DNA of 64,000 nucleotides, taken from positions 192,001 through 256,000 of the forward strand of contig CAYZJA010000001.1 in NCBI GenBank assembly GCA_964479005.1. The letters are read 5' to 3'. The notes under the pieces were generated by a model. That model made no database searches, had not been told where the DNA came from, and worked only from the letters and a program-made list of their open reading frames with translations. The position numbers were made by a program, and so were the translations under genes. The stretch is from an uncultured Candidatus Saccharibacteria bacterium. Lineage in GTDB: Bacteria; Patescibacteriota; Minisyncoccia; UBA6257. Positions within the stretch are counted from its first letter, which is position 1, and each line of letters begins with the position of its first letter. Below are positions 27,427-37,662 of the stretch, in pieces.

Positions 27427-28686
27427 TTAATTAGTGGTTAGTAATTTTTGTAATTCTGCTATAGCTGTTTGTAATTGTTTGTCTTTTTCTAAATCTATTT
27501 TAGAAAAAGTGCCAAATTCTTCCTCGTTTTTAACTTCAATATCAGGAATAAGGCCATTATCTTCAATAATAGTTTCATTGGGGGTCAGCCATCGTGATAT
27601 AGTGATTTTAACGCTATTATTATCTTTTAAGGAAACTAATTCTTGTACAGATCCTTTGCCAAAGGTTTTCTCCCCAATTAATTTAACTCCCCTATTATCT
27701 CTTAAAGCGCCAGCTAATATTTCTGAAGCTGAAGCTGTGCCTTCGTTTATTAGAATAACTGTAGGAATCTCTTTAAGTAATGCTTGCCCAATTCTTACCC
27801 GAAAAATTTTTATTTCATCATTGCCAAAATCTTCTTTAAGAATAATATCTCCTTTTTCTAAGAACCAACCACTAATATTAACGACTGATTCTAAATATCC
27901 GCCTGGATTATTTCTAAGATCTATAATTAGTCCCTGTGGCCTGGTAAAAGCTATTTCCAAAGCTGTTTTATAGAAATTAAGGGTAAGAGGCTGGTTAAAA
28001 TTATAAATTTTCAGATAAGCAATATTATTATCTATTTTTTCCCATTTTACTGAAGGAATAGAAATCTTTTTTCTAATTAATTCTATCTTCTTTGTTTCAT
28101 CCCAGCTTGATCGATAAATAGTTAATATTACTTTTGTTCCTTCTGGCCCTCGTATTAGTTTAGCAGCTTCAAACGGAGATAAATCAATTGTTTCAGTTTC
28201 ATCTATTTTAATAATTTTATCGTTTGCCCTCAATCCAGCTTTTTCTGCCGGAGTATCTGAAAGAGGCGCTATGACTATCAAAAATCCATCGCGTCTTCCA
28301 ATTTCCATTCCTACACCATAGAATTCTCCGGATAATTCCTGAGAAAGATTCTCTGTTTGCTCAGAATCCAAAAATTCTGAATAAGGGTCTTTTAATGCGT
28401 TTATTATACCTCTGGTAGCGCCTAAGATTATTTTTTGGGCATCTAAATCATTTCTACCAACATATTTTTCTAAAATAACTTTCCATGTATCCCAAAAAAT
28501 ACTCATGTCAGTTTCTGTGATTTCCGCAGGTTTTTCTTTATTGATAATTTTTTCAAAAGGAGAAGGTAAATTAGCTTTCCAACCCCAATTTGCGCCTTGA
28601 GAAAAACCAAAAACCCATGCGCCTGCGAGGCAAATTATAATTAAAATTACTAAACAAGTTTTTCTATAATTGTTATTCTTTTTCAT
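27427..28686 (-). CDS. ctpA: S41-family carboxy-terminal processing peptidase
   Basis: N-terminal TM, PDZ segment, S41 catalytic region [13 protein letters not shown]...KGSVQ. Confidence 0.8.
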   Translation of the reverse strand: MKKNNNYRKTCLVILIIICLAGAWVFGFSQGANWGWKANLPSPFEKIINKEKPAEITETDMSIFWDTWKVILEKYVGRNDLDAQKIILGATRGIINALKDPYSEFLDSEQTENLSQELSGEFYGVGMEIGRRDGFLIVIAPLSDTPAEKAGLRANDKIIKIDETETIDLSPFEAAKLIRGPEGTKVILTIYRSSWDETKKIELIRKKISIPSVKWEKIDNNIAYLKIYNFNQPLTLNFYKTALEIAFTRPQGLIIDLRNNPGGYLESVVNISGWFLEKGDIILKEDFGNDEIKIFRVRIGQALLKEIPTVILINEGTASASEILAGALRDNRGVKLIGEKTFGKGSVQELVSLKDNNSVKITISRWLTPNETIIEDNGLIPDIEVKNEEEFGTFSKIDLEKDKQLQTAIAELQKLLTTN

Positions 28687-30073
28687 AACTTTTCAATAAA
28701 TTAATAAATTTAGGGGGCATATTCGCTATTTTCCCTGGACCAGCAAAAAGGAAAACATCACCATCTTTTTGAAATTTGAAAAGATTTTTCAAAAAAGATG
28801 ATTCATTTTTTACAAGATGTAATTTATTTTTACTTAGGGTTTTTGTTTTTAATATCTCTTTATATATTTTTTCGCTGTTAATCCTTTTAATAGGTTTTTC
28901 ATTAGATGAATCTAGTGGTAAAAGAAATAAAATGTCACAATTCTTTATTGCTCGAGCAAAGTCTTTATACAGAAGAAAAATCCGAGAATAACGATGAGGC
29001 TCTAAAATGAATATAATTCTTCTTTTTGGAAAAACAATTCTTGCCATTCTTAAAGTACCTTTTATTTCAGTAGGATGATGCGCATAATCATCAACTATTG
29101 CAATTTCTTTATTATATAGGATGGAAAATCTTCTTTTTATACCAGTAAAGGTTTTTAAATATTGCAAGGCATCTTTTAAAGGAACATTGAGAATTTGTGA
29201 AGCAGAAATAGCGCCTAAAGCATTATAGATATTTTCTTTTCCAGGCAAAGAGAGTTCTAATCTTCCTTGAAATTTATTATTTATGAATAAATCCGAAAAA
29301 GTTTTTATTCCTTTATAATCAATATTTTTGACAAAAAGATCGGCTTTATTGTCTATCCCAAAAGTTAAAGATTTTCTTTTCTTTTGTTTTGCTATTTTTC
29401 TTAAAAAAGAATCATCATTATTTAAAACAATAAATCCAGACTGATTATTTTGAGAAAAATCTTCAAAAGCTTTTTTCAATAAAGAAAATTGTCCTTTGTA
29501 AGGACCATTAATATCTAAATGATCCTTATCAACATTAGTAATTACACAAAGAAAAAACGGAGTTTTTAAAAACGATTTATCGTGCTCATCTGTTTCCAAA
29601 ACAGAATATTCTCCTATCCCCCATTTACTTCCCAATGGATATGTTTTATTTTTAGCCCCTAAATAAACCGTTGGTTTTAATTTTGCTTTTTCTAAAATAT
29701 GGGCAATCATTGCTACAGTAGTACTTTTTCCATGAGTTCCTGCAATGCTAATAATCTTTTTTTCAGTCAGAATATCCATCAGAAAATCAAAACGATTCGA
29801 TAAAGGAACATTCATCTTTTGGGCTGTTTTAAGCTCAATGTTATTGACAGGAATTGCAGAAGAATAAATTACAATTTCTGCTTTTTTTATATTATCAGCC
29901 TTATGACCAATATATATCTTTGCTCCTTTTTTTTCTAAAATTCTTCTTGCTGCAAAATCATTTTTATCAGAGCCTGATAATGAATATCCTTTTTCTAATA
30001 AGAGATTGGCTAAAGCGGTCATTCCTACTCCTCCAATGCCGATTAAATGAATTTGCTTTTTCTTTATAGCCAT
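28673..30073 (-). CDS. murC: UDP-N-acetylmuramate--L-alanine ligase
   Basis: IHLIGIGGVGMTALANLL, GTHGKSTT (Mur ligase P-loop). Confidence 0.85.
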   Translation of the reverse strand: MAIKKKQIHLIGIGGVGMTALANLLLEKGYSLSGSDKNDFAARRILEKKGAKIYIGHKADNIKKAEIVIYSSAIPVNNIELKTAQKMNVPLSNRFDFLMDILTEKKIISIAGTHGKSTTVAMIAHILEKAKLKPTVYLGAKNKTYPLGSKWGIGEYSVLETDEHDKSFLKTPFFLCVITNVDKDHLDINGPYKGQFSLLKKAFEDFSQNNQSGFIVLNNDDSFLRKIAKQKKRKSLTFGIDNKADLFVKNIDYKGIKTFSDLFINNKFQGRLELSLPGKENIYNALGAISASQILNVPLKDALQYLKTFTGIKRRFSILYNKEIAIVDDYAHHPTEIKGTLRMARIVFPKRRIIFILEPHRYSRIFLLYKDFARAIKNCDILFLLPLDSSNEKPIKRINSEKIYKEILKTKTLSKNKLHLVKNESSFLKNLFKFQKDGDVFLFAGPGKIANMPPKFINLLKSYEKE

Positions 30074-30084
30074 TTAGTAATTAT

Positions 30085-30112
30085 ATAGTTTAAACACTGT
30101 TTTTGTCAATTT
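30085..30112 (-). promoter_or_regulatory. candidate murC promoter (minus strand TTGACA-16-TATATAAT)
   Basis: Reverse complement of 30085-30112 reads TTGACAAAAACAGTGTTTAAACTATATAAT. Confidence 0.45.
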
Positions 30113-30114
30113 TA

Positions 30115-30185
30115 CCCCCACATCATAATGAGCACCGAGTGCTTTGCACTAACTAAACAGAGTATGTGCTCGTTTGGTGTGGGGG
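30115..30185. other. 71-nt GC-rich nested palindromic element (CCCCCACA...TGTGGGGG enclosing GAGCAC...GTGCTC and GTGC-ttt-GCAC); candidate structured RNA or operator
   Basis: Three nested inverted repeats in an otherwise AT-rich divergent intergenic region between murC and thpR. Confidence 0.4.
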
Positions 30186-30232
30186 TTTAACAGCTGGAAA
30201 TTACAGTAAAAATAAGATAAAATACAAGGTAT

Positions 30233-30790
30233 ATGGGACATCGTATATTTATTGCTTCACATTTACCAAATGATGTTAAGAAAATCTTTTTAGATTATCA
30301 ACAAAAGAAACTCCACAATTTTGGTTTTCGGCTTATACCTGAGCAGGCCTTACATTTAACATTGGTCTTTATTGGATATGTTAGTAATGATAATATATTG
30401 AAAATTAATAAAGCTTGTCAAAATATTGCTTCCTTGTTCTTTCCAATAGAGGTTAAATTAAATAAAATAACTTATGGTCCAAATCCACACTCCCCTCGCC
30501 TAATTTGGGCAGAAGGCGAAATTTCAAAGAATTTAGACAAACTTCATAAAGCATTAGAAAATGAATTAATGGACCAGGGAATAAATTTTAAAATAGAAAA
30601 TCGTTTATTCAAACCCCATGTTACTTTAGCGCGCTTCCAAAATGAAACAAAACCACCACGTCTATCAGAACTGGAAGAAAAAATTAATAAATCTTTTGTA
30701 ATTAATTCCATATCTATTATAGAGAGCGAATTAAGTCGTTCAGGACCACAATATACGGATTTAGCCACATATACATTAAATTTTAAATAA
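30233..30790 (+). CDS. thpR: RNA 2',3'-cyclic phosphodiesterase / 2'-5' RNA ligase (2H phosphoesterase, LigT/ThpR)
   Basis: Two H-x-T-x motifs: HLTLVFIG and HVTLARF. Confidence 0.75.
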   Translation: MGHRIFIASHLPNDVKKIFLDYQQKKLHNFGFRLIPEQALHLTLVFIGYVSNDNILKINKACQNIASLFFPIEVKLNKITYGPNPHSPRLIWAEGEISKNLDKLHKALENELMDQGINFKIENRLFKPHVTLARFQNETKPPRLSELEEKINKSFVINSISIIESELSRSGPQYTDLATYTLNFK

Positions 30791-31626
30791 TGTTTATTAT
30801 TAACGTAATTCCATTGACTAATATTCCAAGGCCTCAACCACAAATTTTTTCTTATTTTTATAAGTCGGATTTAATAAAAGGATCTATTGTTGAAATACCT
30901 TTAAGACGCAGGAATGTAATGGCAATAGTGTTGAATTCAGCGTCTGTGTCTTCAAAAAAAGCAACCTTAAAAAAGGCTGATTTTGTTTTAAAACCAATAA
31001 ATAAAGTTATCTCTTCAAGGCAGATAGTTCCACCATTATTTTTTTCTTTAGCAGATTTTATCTCTCGTTATTATTTTTATCCAATTTCGTTGTGTTTGAA
31101 AATTATTTTACCACGTCGCATGAAATCTTTAATAAATTATGTAGAAAAACTAGAAAAAGATTTTCCAAAATATTTTGATCCATCAGTTTCAAAGACAAAA
31201 AAAGATAAAATAGAAAAAATAGGTTCCTACAATTTTTCTGATGTTATTAAAAAAATAAAGGCAAATCTTAAAAACAAAAAACAGGTGTTAATTCTCGTTC
31301 CAACTATTTTCTATCAAAATTATTATTTTACTAAATTATCATCTAAAATCTCTATACCAATTTTTATTTCCTCAAATGATTTAAAAATTAAAGAATTTAA
31401 TTCTTTATGGACAAAAATTAATTCTCAGGAAGCGCAATTAATTATAGGACGGCGTTCTTCTCTGTTTCTGCCATGGCAAAATTTAGGACTTATAATTGTA
31501 GTGGATGGAAGCAATAATTCTTATAAATCGTGGAATCAAAAACCTTATTATAACGCCGCTTTTCTTATTAACTATTTAGCTTTGTATTATAATACTTCAA
31601 TTATTTACTATAATGCCTGTTATTAA
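30790..31626 (+). CDS. priA: primosomal protein N' (PriA) N-terminal part: 3'BD/WH plus a degenerate helicase lobe 1
   Basis: Aligns to E. coli PriA up to motif II, but Walker A GSGKT is replaced by GSYNF and DEEH by VDGS; QVLILVP and LIIGRRSSLFLP are conserved. Confidence 0.6.
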   Translation: MFIINVIPLTNIPRPQPQIFSYFYKSDLIKGSIVEIPLRRRNVMAIVLNSASVSSKKATLKKADFVLKPINKVISSRQIVPPLFFSLADFISRYYFYPISLCLKIILPRRMKSLINYVEKLEKDFPKYFDPSVSKTKKDKIEKIGSYNFSDVIKKIKANLKNKKQVLILVPTIFYQNYYFTKLSSKISIPIFISSNDLKIKEFNSLWTKINSQEAQLIIGRRSSLFLPWQNLGLIIVVDGSNNSYKSWNQKPYYNAAFLINYLALYYNTSIIYYNACY

Positions 31627-32710
31627 AATTATTGATCTAAAAAAGGTTAGAAAAGAGAAAAAACTATTTCAGGCTATTTCTCCTGATGCTTTTATTGAAA
31701 TTCAAAAAGCCCTAAAAAAAAGAAAAAGGATTATTATTTTTATTAACAGAAGGGGGTTAGCAACAAGCATTATATGCCAGGAATGTGGTTTTGTATTTAA
31801 ATGCCCAAATTGTGATATCCCCTTGGGGTTTCATAATAAATCTAAGCTTATTTGTCATCATTGTAATTATAATGTTTCTATACCACCAGTTTGTCCTTCT
31901 TGCAGGGGCTATAAGCTTAAAGCTTTGGGAATTGGTATTGAGAGAATTGCTGAAGAAATTAAAAAATTTATTATTCCAACGCCTATTTTTATGTTAATCG
32001 AAGGGGAAACTTCTGATGAACAAAAATCAGATATTTTCGATAAATTTAATCGAGGAGATATTAAAATATTAATAGGGACTGAAGCTCTTTTAAACCCTCA
32101 ATTAAAAGCTGCCCATTTAGTAATAGTGGCTTCTGTTGATCCTGCGCTTTTCTTACCAGATTATTATAGCGAGGAAAGAGTGTTTTTAAACCTTTTAAAA
32201 CTAAAAGCTTTGTCTAAAGAAAGATTAATAATACAGACATTAATTCCTGAGAATAAATTATTCCAATATCTTATAAAAAACGAAGGAAAAAAATTTCTAC
32301 AAGAAGAAAAAAGATGGCGAAAAGATTATCTTTGGCCTCCCTATGTTCAATTAATAAAATTGACACTTTCTGACAAAGATCAAAAAAAGGGGGTGAAAGA
32401 AGCTGAAGAAACAAAAAGAAATTTAGAGCAAGCCATAAATAAGTTAATTCCAGAAAACCATCAAAAAGATTTTATTATTTTAGGACCTGCGCAAGCCTTT
32501 GTTTTTAAAGAAAAAAGCTTTTATAAATGGAATATTTTGGTAAAATATAAGTACTTTGAAAGTAAAATTAAAGAAGAGATTAACTCTTTGTTAGGACTCA
32601 ATTTACTTTCACCTGTTTTAACTAAAAAAGAATTAATGCTCAGAAATAAAATTTTAAAATACGTTCCTTTAAACTGGAAAATTGATGTTGATCCAATAAA
32701 TATATTGTAA
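31613..32710 (+). CDS. priA: PriA C-terminal part: Cys-rich zinc-binding region, helicase lobe 2 and CTD; separate frame with a 14-nt overlap
   Basis: IIIFINRRGLAT, CQECGFVFKCPNCD...CHHCNY...CPSC (CRR zinc fingers), ILIGTEALL; motif VI is degenerate (KLKALSKERL). Confidence 0.65.
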   Translation: MPVIKIIDLKKVRKEKKLFQAISPDAFIEIQKALKKRKRIIIFINRRGLATSIICQECGFVFKCPNCDIPLGFHNKSKLICHHCNYNVSIPPVCPSCRGYKLKALGIGIERIAEEIKKFIIPTPIFMLIEGETSDEQKSDIFDKFNRGDIKILIGTEALLNPQLKAAHLVIVASVDPALFLPDYYSEERVFLNLLKLKALSKERLIIQTLIPENKLFQYLIKNEGKKFLQEEKRWRKDYLWPPYVQLIKLTLSDKDQKKGVKEAEETKRNLEQAINKLIPENHQKDFIILGPAQAFVFKEKSFYKWNILVKYKYFESKIKEEINSLLGLNLLSPVLTKKELMLRNKILKYVPLNWKIDVDPINIL

Positions 32711-32753
32711 GAACCTGCTTTACAGAACCTTGTTTTTCATTTCATTCAAAATA

Positions 32754-33224
32754 ATGGAAATACTTACTGGAGAAAATAATAAAACCTTAAGACAAAAAAG
32801 CCTTCCTGTGAAGCATATTAACACAAATGTGCGTAGTTTGATTGAACAGATGAAAGATGTGGTAAGACAAAATAATGGAGTAGGATTAGCGGCAATTCAG
32901 ATAGGAGAACCTACTCGCATTATTATTTGTGAAATAGACGATAAGTTTTATACTTTTATTAATCCTGAAATCATAAAGTTTTTTCCAGAAACTTCAGTAA
33001 TGGAAGAAGGCTGTTTAAGCTTGCCAAATATTTATGGTGAGGTAGAAAGACCAAAAAAAATATCTCTAAAAGCCATTAATTTTGACGGCAAAAAGATAAA
33101 AATGAAAGCTTTTGGTTTATTAGCGAGAGTAATTCAACATGAATTAGATCATCTTGATGGTGTGCTCTTTATTGATAAAGCAAAAAATATAACAAAACAA
33201 ATACGAAAAACAGCAGCTCTATAA
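32754..33224 (+). CDS. def: peptide deformylase
   Basis: GVGLAAIQIG, EGCLSLP, HELDHLDG. Confidence 0.85.
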   Translation: MEILTGENNKTLRQKSLPVKHINTNVRSLIEQMKDVVRQNNGVGLAAIQIGEPTRIIICEIDDKFYTFINPEIIKFFPETSVMEEGCLSLPNIYGEVERPKKISLKAINFDGKKIKMKAFGLLARVIQHELDHLDGVLFIDKAKNITKQIRKTAAL

Positions 33225-33228
33225 AATT

Positions 33229-34167
33229 ATGCGCTTTATATTCTTTGGTTCATCTAAATTTGCAGAAATAATACTTAATAAACTTCTTAAATCTGATATG
33301 AAGCCAGTTTTAGTAGTAACTACTCCACCCAAACCAAAAGGGAGGAAAAAAATTCTTTCCCCTACCCCTGTTTATAATTTAGCTAAACAAAATAATATCC
33401 CTGTACTTACACCAGAAAAATTAGAAGACGAAGAGTTTTTATCAACTTTTAAAGATTATAATCCGGACTTAGTGATTCTTACTGCTTATGGAAAGATTAT
33501 TCCTTCAAAATTGCTATCAATTCCCAAAAAAGGAGTTCTGAATCTTCATCCGTCCCTCCTCCCCAAATGGCGCGGAGCTACTCCTATTCAATCAACTATT
33601 TTAGCAGGTGATAATGAAACAGGCGTTACCTTATTTTTAATGGATGAAGAAATAGATCACGGACCAATAATACAAGATGCAAAATACAAGATACAAGATA
33701 CAAGAATCATTTATCCGGAGTTAAGTAAAGAATTGGCAGAATTAGGAGTAGATCTTATAATCAAAACTGTACCACTGTGGTTTGAAGGAAAAATTAAACC
33801 AATGCCGCAAAATCATTCTTTAACAAGTTATTGCCATAAAATTTTACCTAAAGATGAAAAAATAAATTGGGAAAAATCATCTATAGAAATAGATAGAAAA
33901 GTAAGAGCTTTAAATCCTAAACCAGGCGTTTTTACCATAGCGAATGATATAATTATCAAGATAGTTAAAGGTTATCCAATAGATGATCCAACTCTTTATA
34001 CTGATAAGCCAGTGGGTTCTATTTTTCAATTTCAAGATAAATTGGCAGTTAAATGTGGCAAAGGGATTTATATCATTGAAGAATTAAAACCAGCAGGAAA
34101 AAACACGATGAATAGCGAAAGTTTCTTAAGGGGTAATAAATGGATATTAGAGATTAAATTATTATAA
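33229..34167 (+). CDS. fmt: methionyl-tRNA formyltransferase
   Basis: MRFIFFGSS...; formyltransferase core NLHPSLLPKWRGATPIQ. Confidence 0.85.
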   Translation: MRFIFFGSSKFAEIILNKLLKSDMKPVLVVTTPPKPKGRKKILSPTPVYNLAKQNNIPVLTPEKLEDEEFLSTFKDYNPDLVILTAYGKIIPSKLLSIPKKGVLNLHPSLLPKWRGATPIQSTILAGDNETGVTLFLMDEEIDHGPIIQDAKYKIQDTRIIYPELSKELAELGVDLIIKTVPLWFEGKIKPMPQNHSLTSYCHKILPKDEKINWEKSSIEIDRKVRALNPKPGVFTIANDIIIKIVKGYPIDDPTLYTDKPVGSIFQFQDKLAVKCGKGIYIIEELKPAGKNTMNSESFLRGNKWILEIKLL

Positions 34168-35189
34168 TGCTTTTATTCTTTAAAAAATATGGTCATATAA
34201 TTTTAAGCCTTTTTTTGCTTATTATTTTTGGGTTTTTTGTCAGTAATGGGCTAATAGAAAAAAAATATTTGACTTCATCGTTAATCCAACCAAATGCGGA
34301 AATAATTATTGATTCCTTTGATAAATCAAATTTAGAGCATTTAAATATTGAAATTCCGCAACATATTAATCTAACTAATTTTTATAGAACATATGGACAG
34401 AGAATGTTAGGTAATGAAAATATAAAAATAATCAGCAGAGAGGAATGGGGCGCTGATAATCGTTATTCTGATCCTCAATTCATAGAAGATTTCTGTCAGA
34501 AAAATTATTGCTATGAAGATAGATATAATCCTGAAGATACGTTTTCTGAAAAAGAATATTGGAGATCTCTTGAATTATTAATTAATTACAACCAAAATTT
34601 TAAATCATACGATAATTTTTTTCTCCAGAGCCTAAAAAAAGAAAATGGTTTTGTCTATTATTATCTGCCGGTAGAGGAAATTGTTGTTCATCATACTGCC
34701 GGAAAATTTACTACAAATTTTGAAGAATCAAAAAAAGAATTGCGAAAAATTCATCTTATGACAGCTGCTCAAAGAAAATGGAGGGATATTGGATATCATT
34801 ATTTAATAGATGGTAATGGCAGGATTTACGAAGGAAGTTTGGGAGGAAAATATTCAGTCGGAATTCATGCTTATGGGCATAACAAAGGAACAGTGTCTAT
34901 TTCTTTAATGGGTGATTTTCGCCCTGACCATGATAAATTAACTAAGGCAATGGAAAAAGCCTTTATTAATCTTGTTGAATATTTGATTACTGAATATGAA
35001 TTAGATATTAACCAAGAAGAATTTTATCTTCGAAAGCCAAACTTATCTGGTCGGGAAATGAACAAAAATATCATAAAAGGACATATGGAATTGGATATTA
35101 GAGAAGAACCGACAGAATGTCCTGGAATAGACCCAGAATATCTCAGAGGATTAATCTATCCTTCTTTAAAAACTTCTGCGCTATATTGA
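34167..35189 (+). CDS. membrane-anchored N-acetylmuramoyl-L-alanine amidase (Amidase_2/PGRP domain)
   Basis: VVHHTAG, GYHYLIDGNGRIYEG, IKGHMEL...CPG. Confidence 0.7.
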   Translation: MLLFFKKYGHIILSLFLLIIFGFFVSNGLIEKKYLTSSLIQPNAEIIIDSFDKSNLEHLNIEIPQHINLTNFYRTYGQRMLGNENIKIISREEWGADNRYSDPQFIEDFCQKNYCYEDRYNPEDTFSEKEYWRSLELLINYNQNFKSYDNFFLQSLKKENGFVYYYLPVEEIVVHHTAGKFTTNFEESKKELRKIHLMTAAQRKWRDIGYHYLIDGNGRIYEGSLGGKYSVGIHAYGHNKGTVSISLMGDFRPDHDKLTKAMEKAFINLVEYLITEYELDINQEEFYLRKPNLSGREMNKNIIKGHMELDIREEPTECPGIDPEYLRGLIYPSLKTSALY

Positions 35190-35737
35190 TAAACTTCCAA
35201 GTTCATCTTTTTCCATTCATTTTTATCTAATCCTGCTTTTTCGCATAAATGAGAAATAAACAATTCAGCAGAAGTTAAATCTTCCCAGACCTGCGGTAAA
35301 AAGGTGGCTTGATAACCTCCTTTTTTTATTAATAAACCTGGCTTGTATTTATCTAAATATTTAAGAAAAGAATCTGAACTGGTAAAATCTGGGAGTTTTT
35401 TTAATTCTGATAAAACAGAAATTTCTATTTTTATATCATTTAATTCATCATTTTTTAAAGGCGTAAAGCGAGCATCAAGCAAAGCGCTTGCCAAACAATT
35501 ATCAATTACGCTTTGATAAATTGGTTTTTTACTTTCTAGATCGCCTATGCAACCTCTTAATTTATCATTTTTCCATAAGGTGACGAAAGTTCCACTTTTT
35601 TCTTTTAAAGTTTGCGGCAAATCATCTTCATTAATTTGAAGAATTCCTTCGTCTTGAAAGTATTTTTGCATAGCCCTTCTGACTAATTTTAAAAAGTATT
35701 TTTTATGTTCTTTATTCATAATATGCAATACTCGCAT
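35156..35737 (-). CDS. AMMECR1-domain protein (AmmeMemoRadiSam system protein A)
   Basis: LRGCIGDLES conserved cysteine motif; co-operonic with the MEMO1-like and radical SAM genes. Confidence 0.75.
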   Translation of the reverse strand: MRVLHIMNKEHKKYFLKLVRRAMQKYFQDEGILQINEDDLPQTLKEKSGTFVTLWKNDKLRGCIGDLESKKPIYQSVIDNCLASALLDARFTPLKNDELNDIKIEISVLSELKKLPDFTSSDSFLKYLDKYKPGLLIKKGGYQATFLPQVWEDLTSAELFISHLCEKAGLDKNEWKKMNLEVYQYSAEVFKEG

Positions 35738-36503
35738 ATCCTACAACTTGGTTTTTATCCCCACTAGTTTCTCCGGAATTCATAGCGCATAAGAGTTTAG
35801 GTTTCCATTGTTTTTTATCCGCAATATTTAATAAAATCTCAATTGATGTTTTTCCACAAGCATTACCATATTCATTAAATCGCTCAATATCATTTGCTAA
35901 TATCGCGTCAATTGTTACTTTGTCTATCATCTTTGCTTCATTATATGGTAAATAATGGCTTAAGTCAGAGCTAATCAAAAAAAGAGTTTTCTCGTCATAA
36001 ATTGATAACAAGATATCGCTAACTTTTCTATAATCAACAATATTGCCAGTTAATAAAGGAAAAATCTGAGAATCGTCTAAAACTGTTTGTAAAAATGGCA
36101 ACTGAACTTCTAATGAATGTTCTGGCTGATGAATTTCAGATGATTCAATAATTTCTTTTTTGTTTTTAAGTTTTGGAAAATCGTCTTTTGATAATATTTC
36201 TATCTTTCCTAATGGTGTTTGCCAATATTCTTTAGCGCAAGAAATAAGATTATCAAATGAAAAATGATGGCTAGGTCCCAAGAGAAAAATCTTTTCATAT
36301 GAACAATTTTCTATAAGTTTAAAAGCGTATGCGGCTATTGGACCAGAATATACATATCCTGCATGAGGAACAATAAGGGCTTTGACTGACAACTGATGTT
36401 TTTCTACTGTCGCATTATCCAAAAAACCCTTGATTTGTTGTTTTAAAATATCAGGATCATCAGGATAAAAACTACCAGATACAGTTGGATGTCTTAATTC
36501 CAT
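35712..36503 (-). CDS. MEMO1-family protein (AmmeMemoRadiSam system protein B)
   Basis: GSFYPDD, VPHAGYVYSG, GPSHH. Confidence 0.75.
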   Translation of the reverse strand: MELRHPTVSGSFYPDDPDILKQQIKGFLDNATVEKHQLSVKALIVPHAGYVYSGPIAAYAFKLIENCSYEKIFLLGPSHHFSFDNLISCAKEYWQTPLGKIEILSKDDFPKLKNKKEIIESSEIHQPEHSLEVQLPFLQTVLDDSQIFPLLTGNIVDYRKVSDILLSIYDEKTLFLISSDLSHYLPYNEAKMIDKVTIDAILANDIERFNEYGNACGKTSIEILLNIADKKQWKPKLLCAMNSGETSGDKNQVVGYASIAYYE

Positions 36504-37531
36504 ATTCCTTTTATTTTTGTATTACATTTTGGGCATTTCTCGTTTTTCAAATTATTTTCTAAGACTTCCATACCCCATCGTTCTATGATAAGTGAATTAC
36601 ATTTTGGGCAATAAGTACTTTCATAATCAGAATTTGGTATATTTCCAGTATAAATATATCGTAATCCAGCTTTTTTACCGATTTCACAAGCATTAATTAA
36701 AATTTCTTGGGATGTGGGCGCTTGAGTAAGCATTTTATAGCATGGATAAAAAGCAGAAATATGCCATGGCAAGTCTTTGGAAATTCCTACCAGAAATTTT
36801 GCTATTTGTTTTAGTTCTTTTGTGGAATCATTAAATCCAGGAATTACTAAAGTAGTAACTTCTATCCAAATTCCCATTTTCCAGATTTTTTTAATATTCT
36901 CTTTAACTGGCTCTAATCGTCCCTTACAAGTTTTTCGATAAAACTTTTCTGAAAAACTTTTTAAATCTATGTTAATTGCGTCAAGATAAGGCGCGATAAA
37001 ATTAAGGGTTTTTTCTGTCATAAAACCATTAGAAACCCATATATTTTTAATCCCCTCTTTTTTTGCTAATCTCATTGTATCTAAAGCGTATTCTGCCCAA
37101 ATAGTAGGTTCATTATACGTATAAGCTATAATGGGAATATTGTTTTCTTTGCAATAATTTACTATTTTTTCTGGTCCCCATTCTTCTCCATAATGTTTTA
37201 TGCCCTGAATTTTGTCAAAAGGTTTTGGGGCTTGAGAAATTTCCCAGTTTTGACAAAAATCACAATCAAAATTGCATCCTAAAGTTCCTAAAGAAAAAGC
37301 TTTCTGGCTTGGTAAAAAATGAAAAAGAGGCTTTTTTTCTATGGGATCAATATTTACACTTATAGCTTTCCCGTAAACTAAAAGATAAAGGTCGCCATTT
37401 ATATTTTGACGCACCCCACAAATTCCAATTCTTTTATTGTTAATGAGGCACTGGTTATGACAAGCCAGACATTGAACTTTATTATCCTTTAATTTTTCAT
37501 AAAGAATCGCCTTTTTCATATTTTTATACAT
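36494..37531 (-). CDS. AmmeMemoRadiSam system radical SAM enzyme
   Basis: CNFDCDFCQNW (C-x3-C-x2-C); N-terminal CLACHNQC and C-terminal CPKC...CPKC extra cysteine pairs. Confidence 0.8.
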   Translation of the reverse strand: MYKNMKKAILYEKLKDNKVQCLACHNQCLINNKRIGICGVRQNINGDLYLLVYGKAISVNIDPIEKKPLFHFLPSQKAFSLGTLGCNFDCDFCQNWEISQAPKPFDKIQGIKHYGEEWGPEKIVNYCKENNIPIIAYTYNEPTIWAEYALDTMRLAKKEGIKNIWVSNGFMTEKTLNFIAPYLDAINIDLKSFSEKFYRKTCKGRLEPVKENIKKIWKMGIWIEVTTLVIPGFNDSTKELKQIAKFLVGISKDLPWHISAFYPCYKMLTQAPTSQEILINACEIGKKAGLRYIYTGNIPNSDYESTYCPKCNSLIIERWGMEVLENNLKNEKCPKCNTKIKGIWN

Positions 37532-37662
37532 TATACCAAAAATTTGAAAAATATTCCTACTATTGATAAATAACCAATAATCTGGTATAATCTAAACACA
37601 TAAAATGGTTCCTTTACAATCTTAATTTTAAAATTCTAATTAATTTTTAGGAGGTAGAATAA

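Noticed and set aside
30790-32710. Treating the two PriA ORFs as two unrelated genes or as a normal intact priA
   Set aside because: Both halves align colinearly to PriA, so they are one gene split by a frame change. The helicase motifs are clearly degenerate, so 'normal' is also inappropriate.
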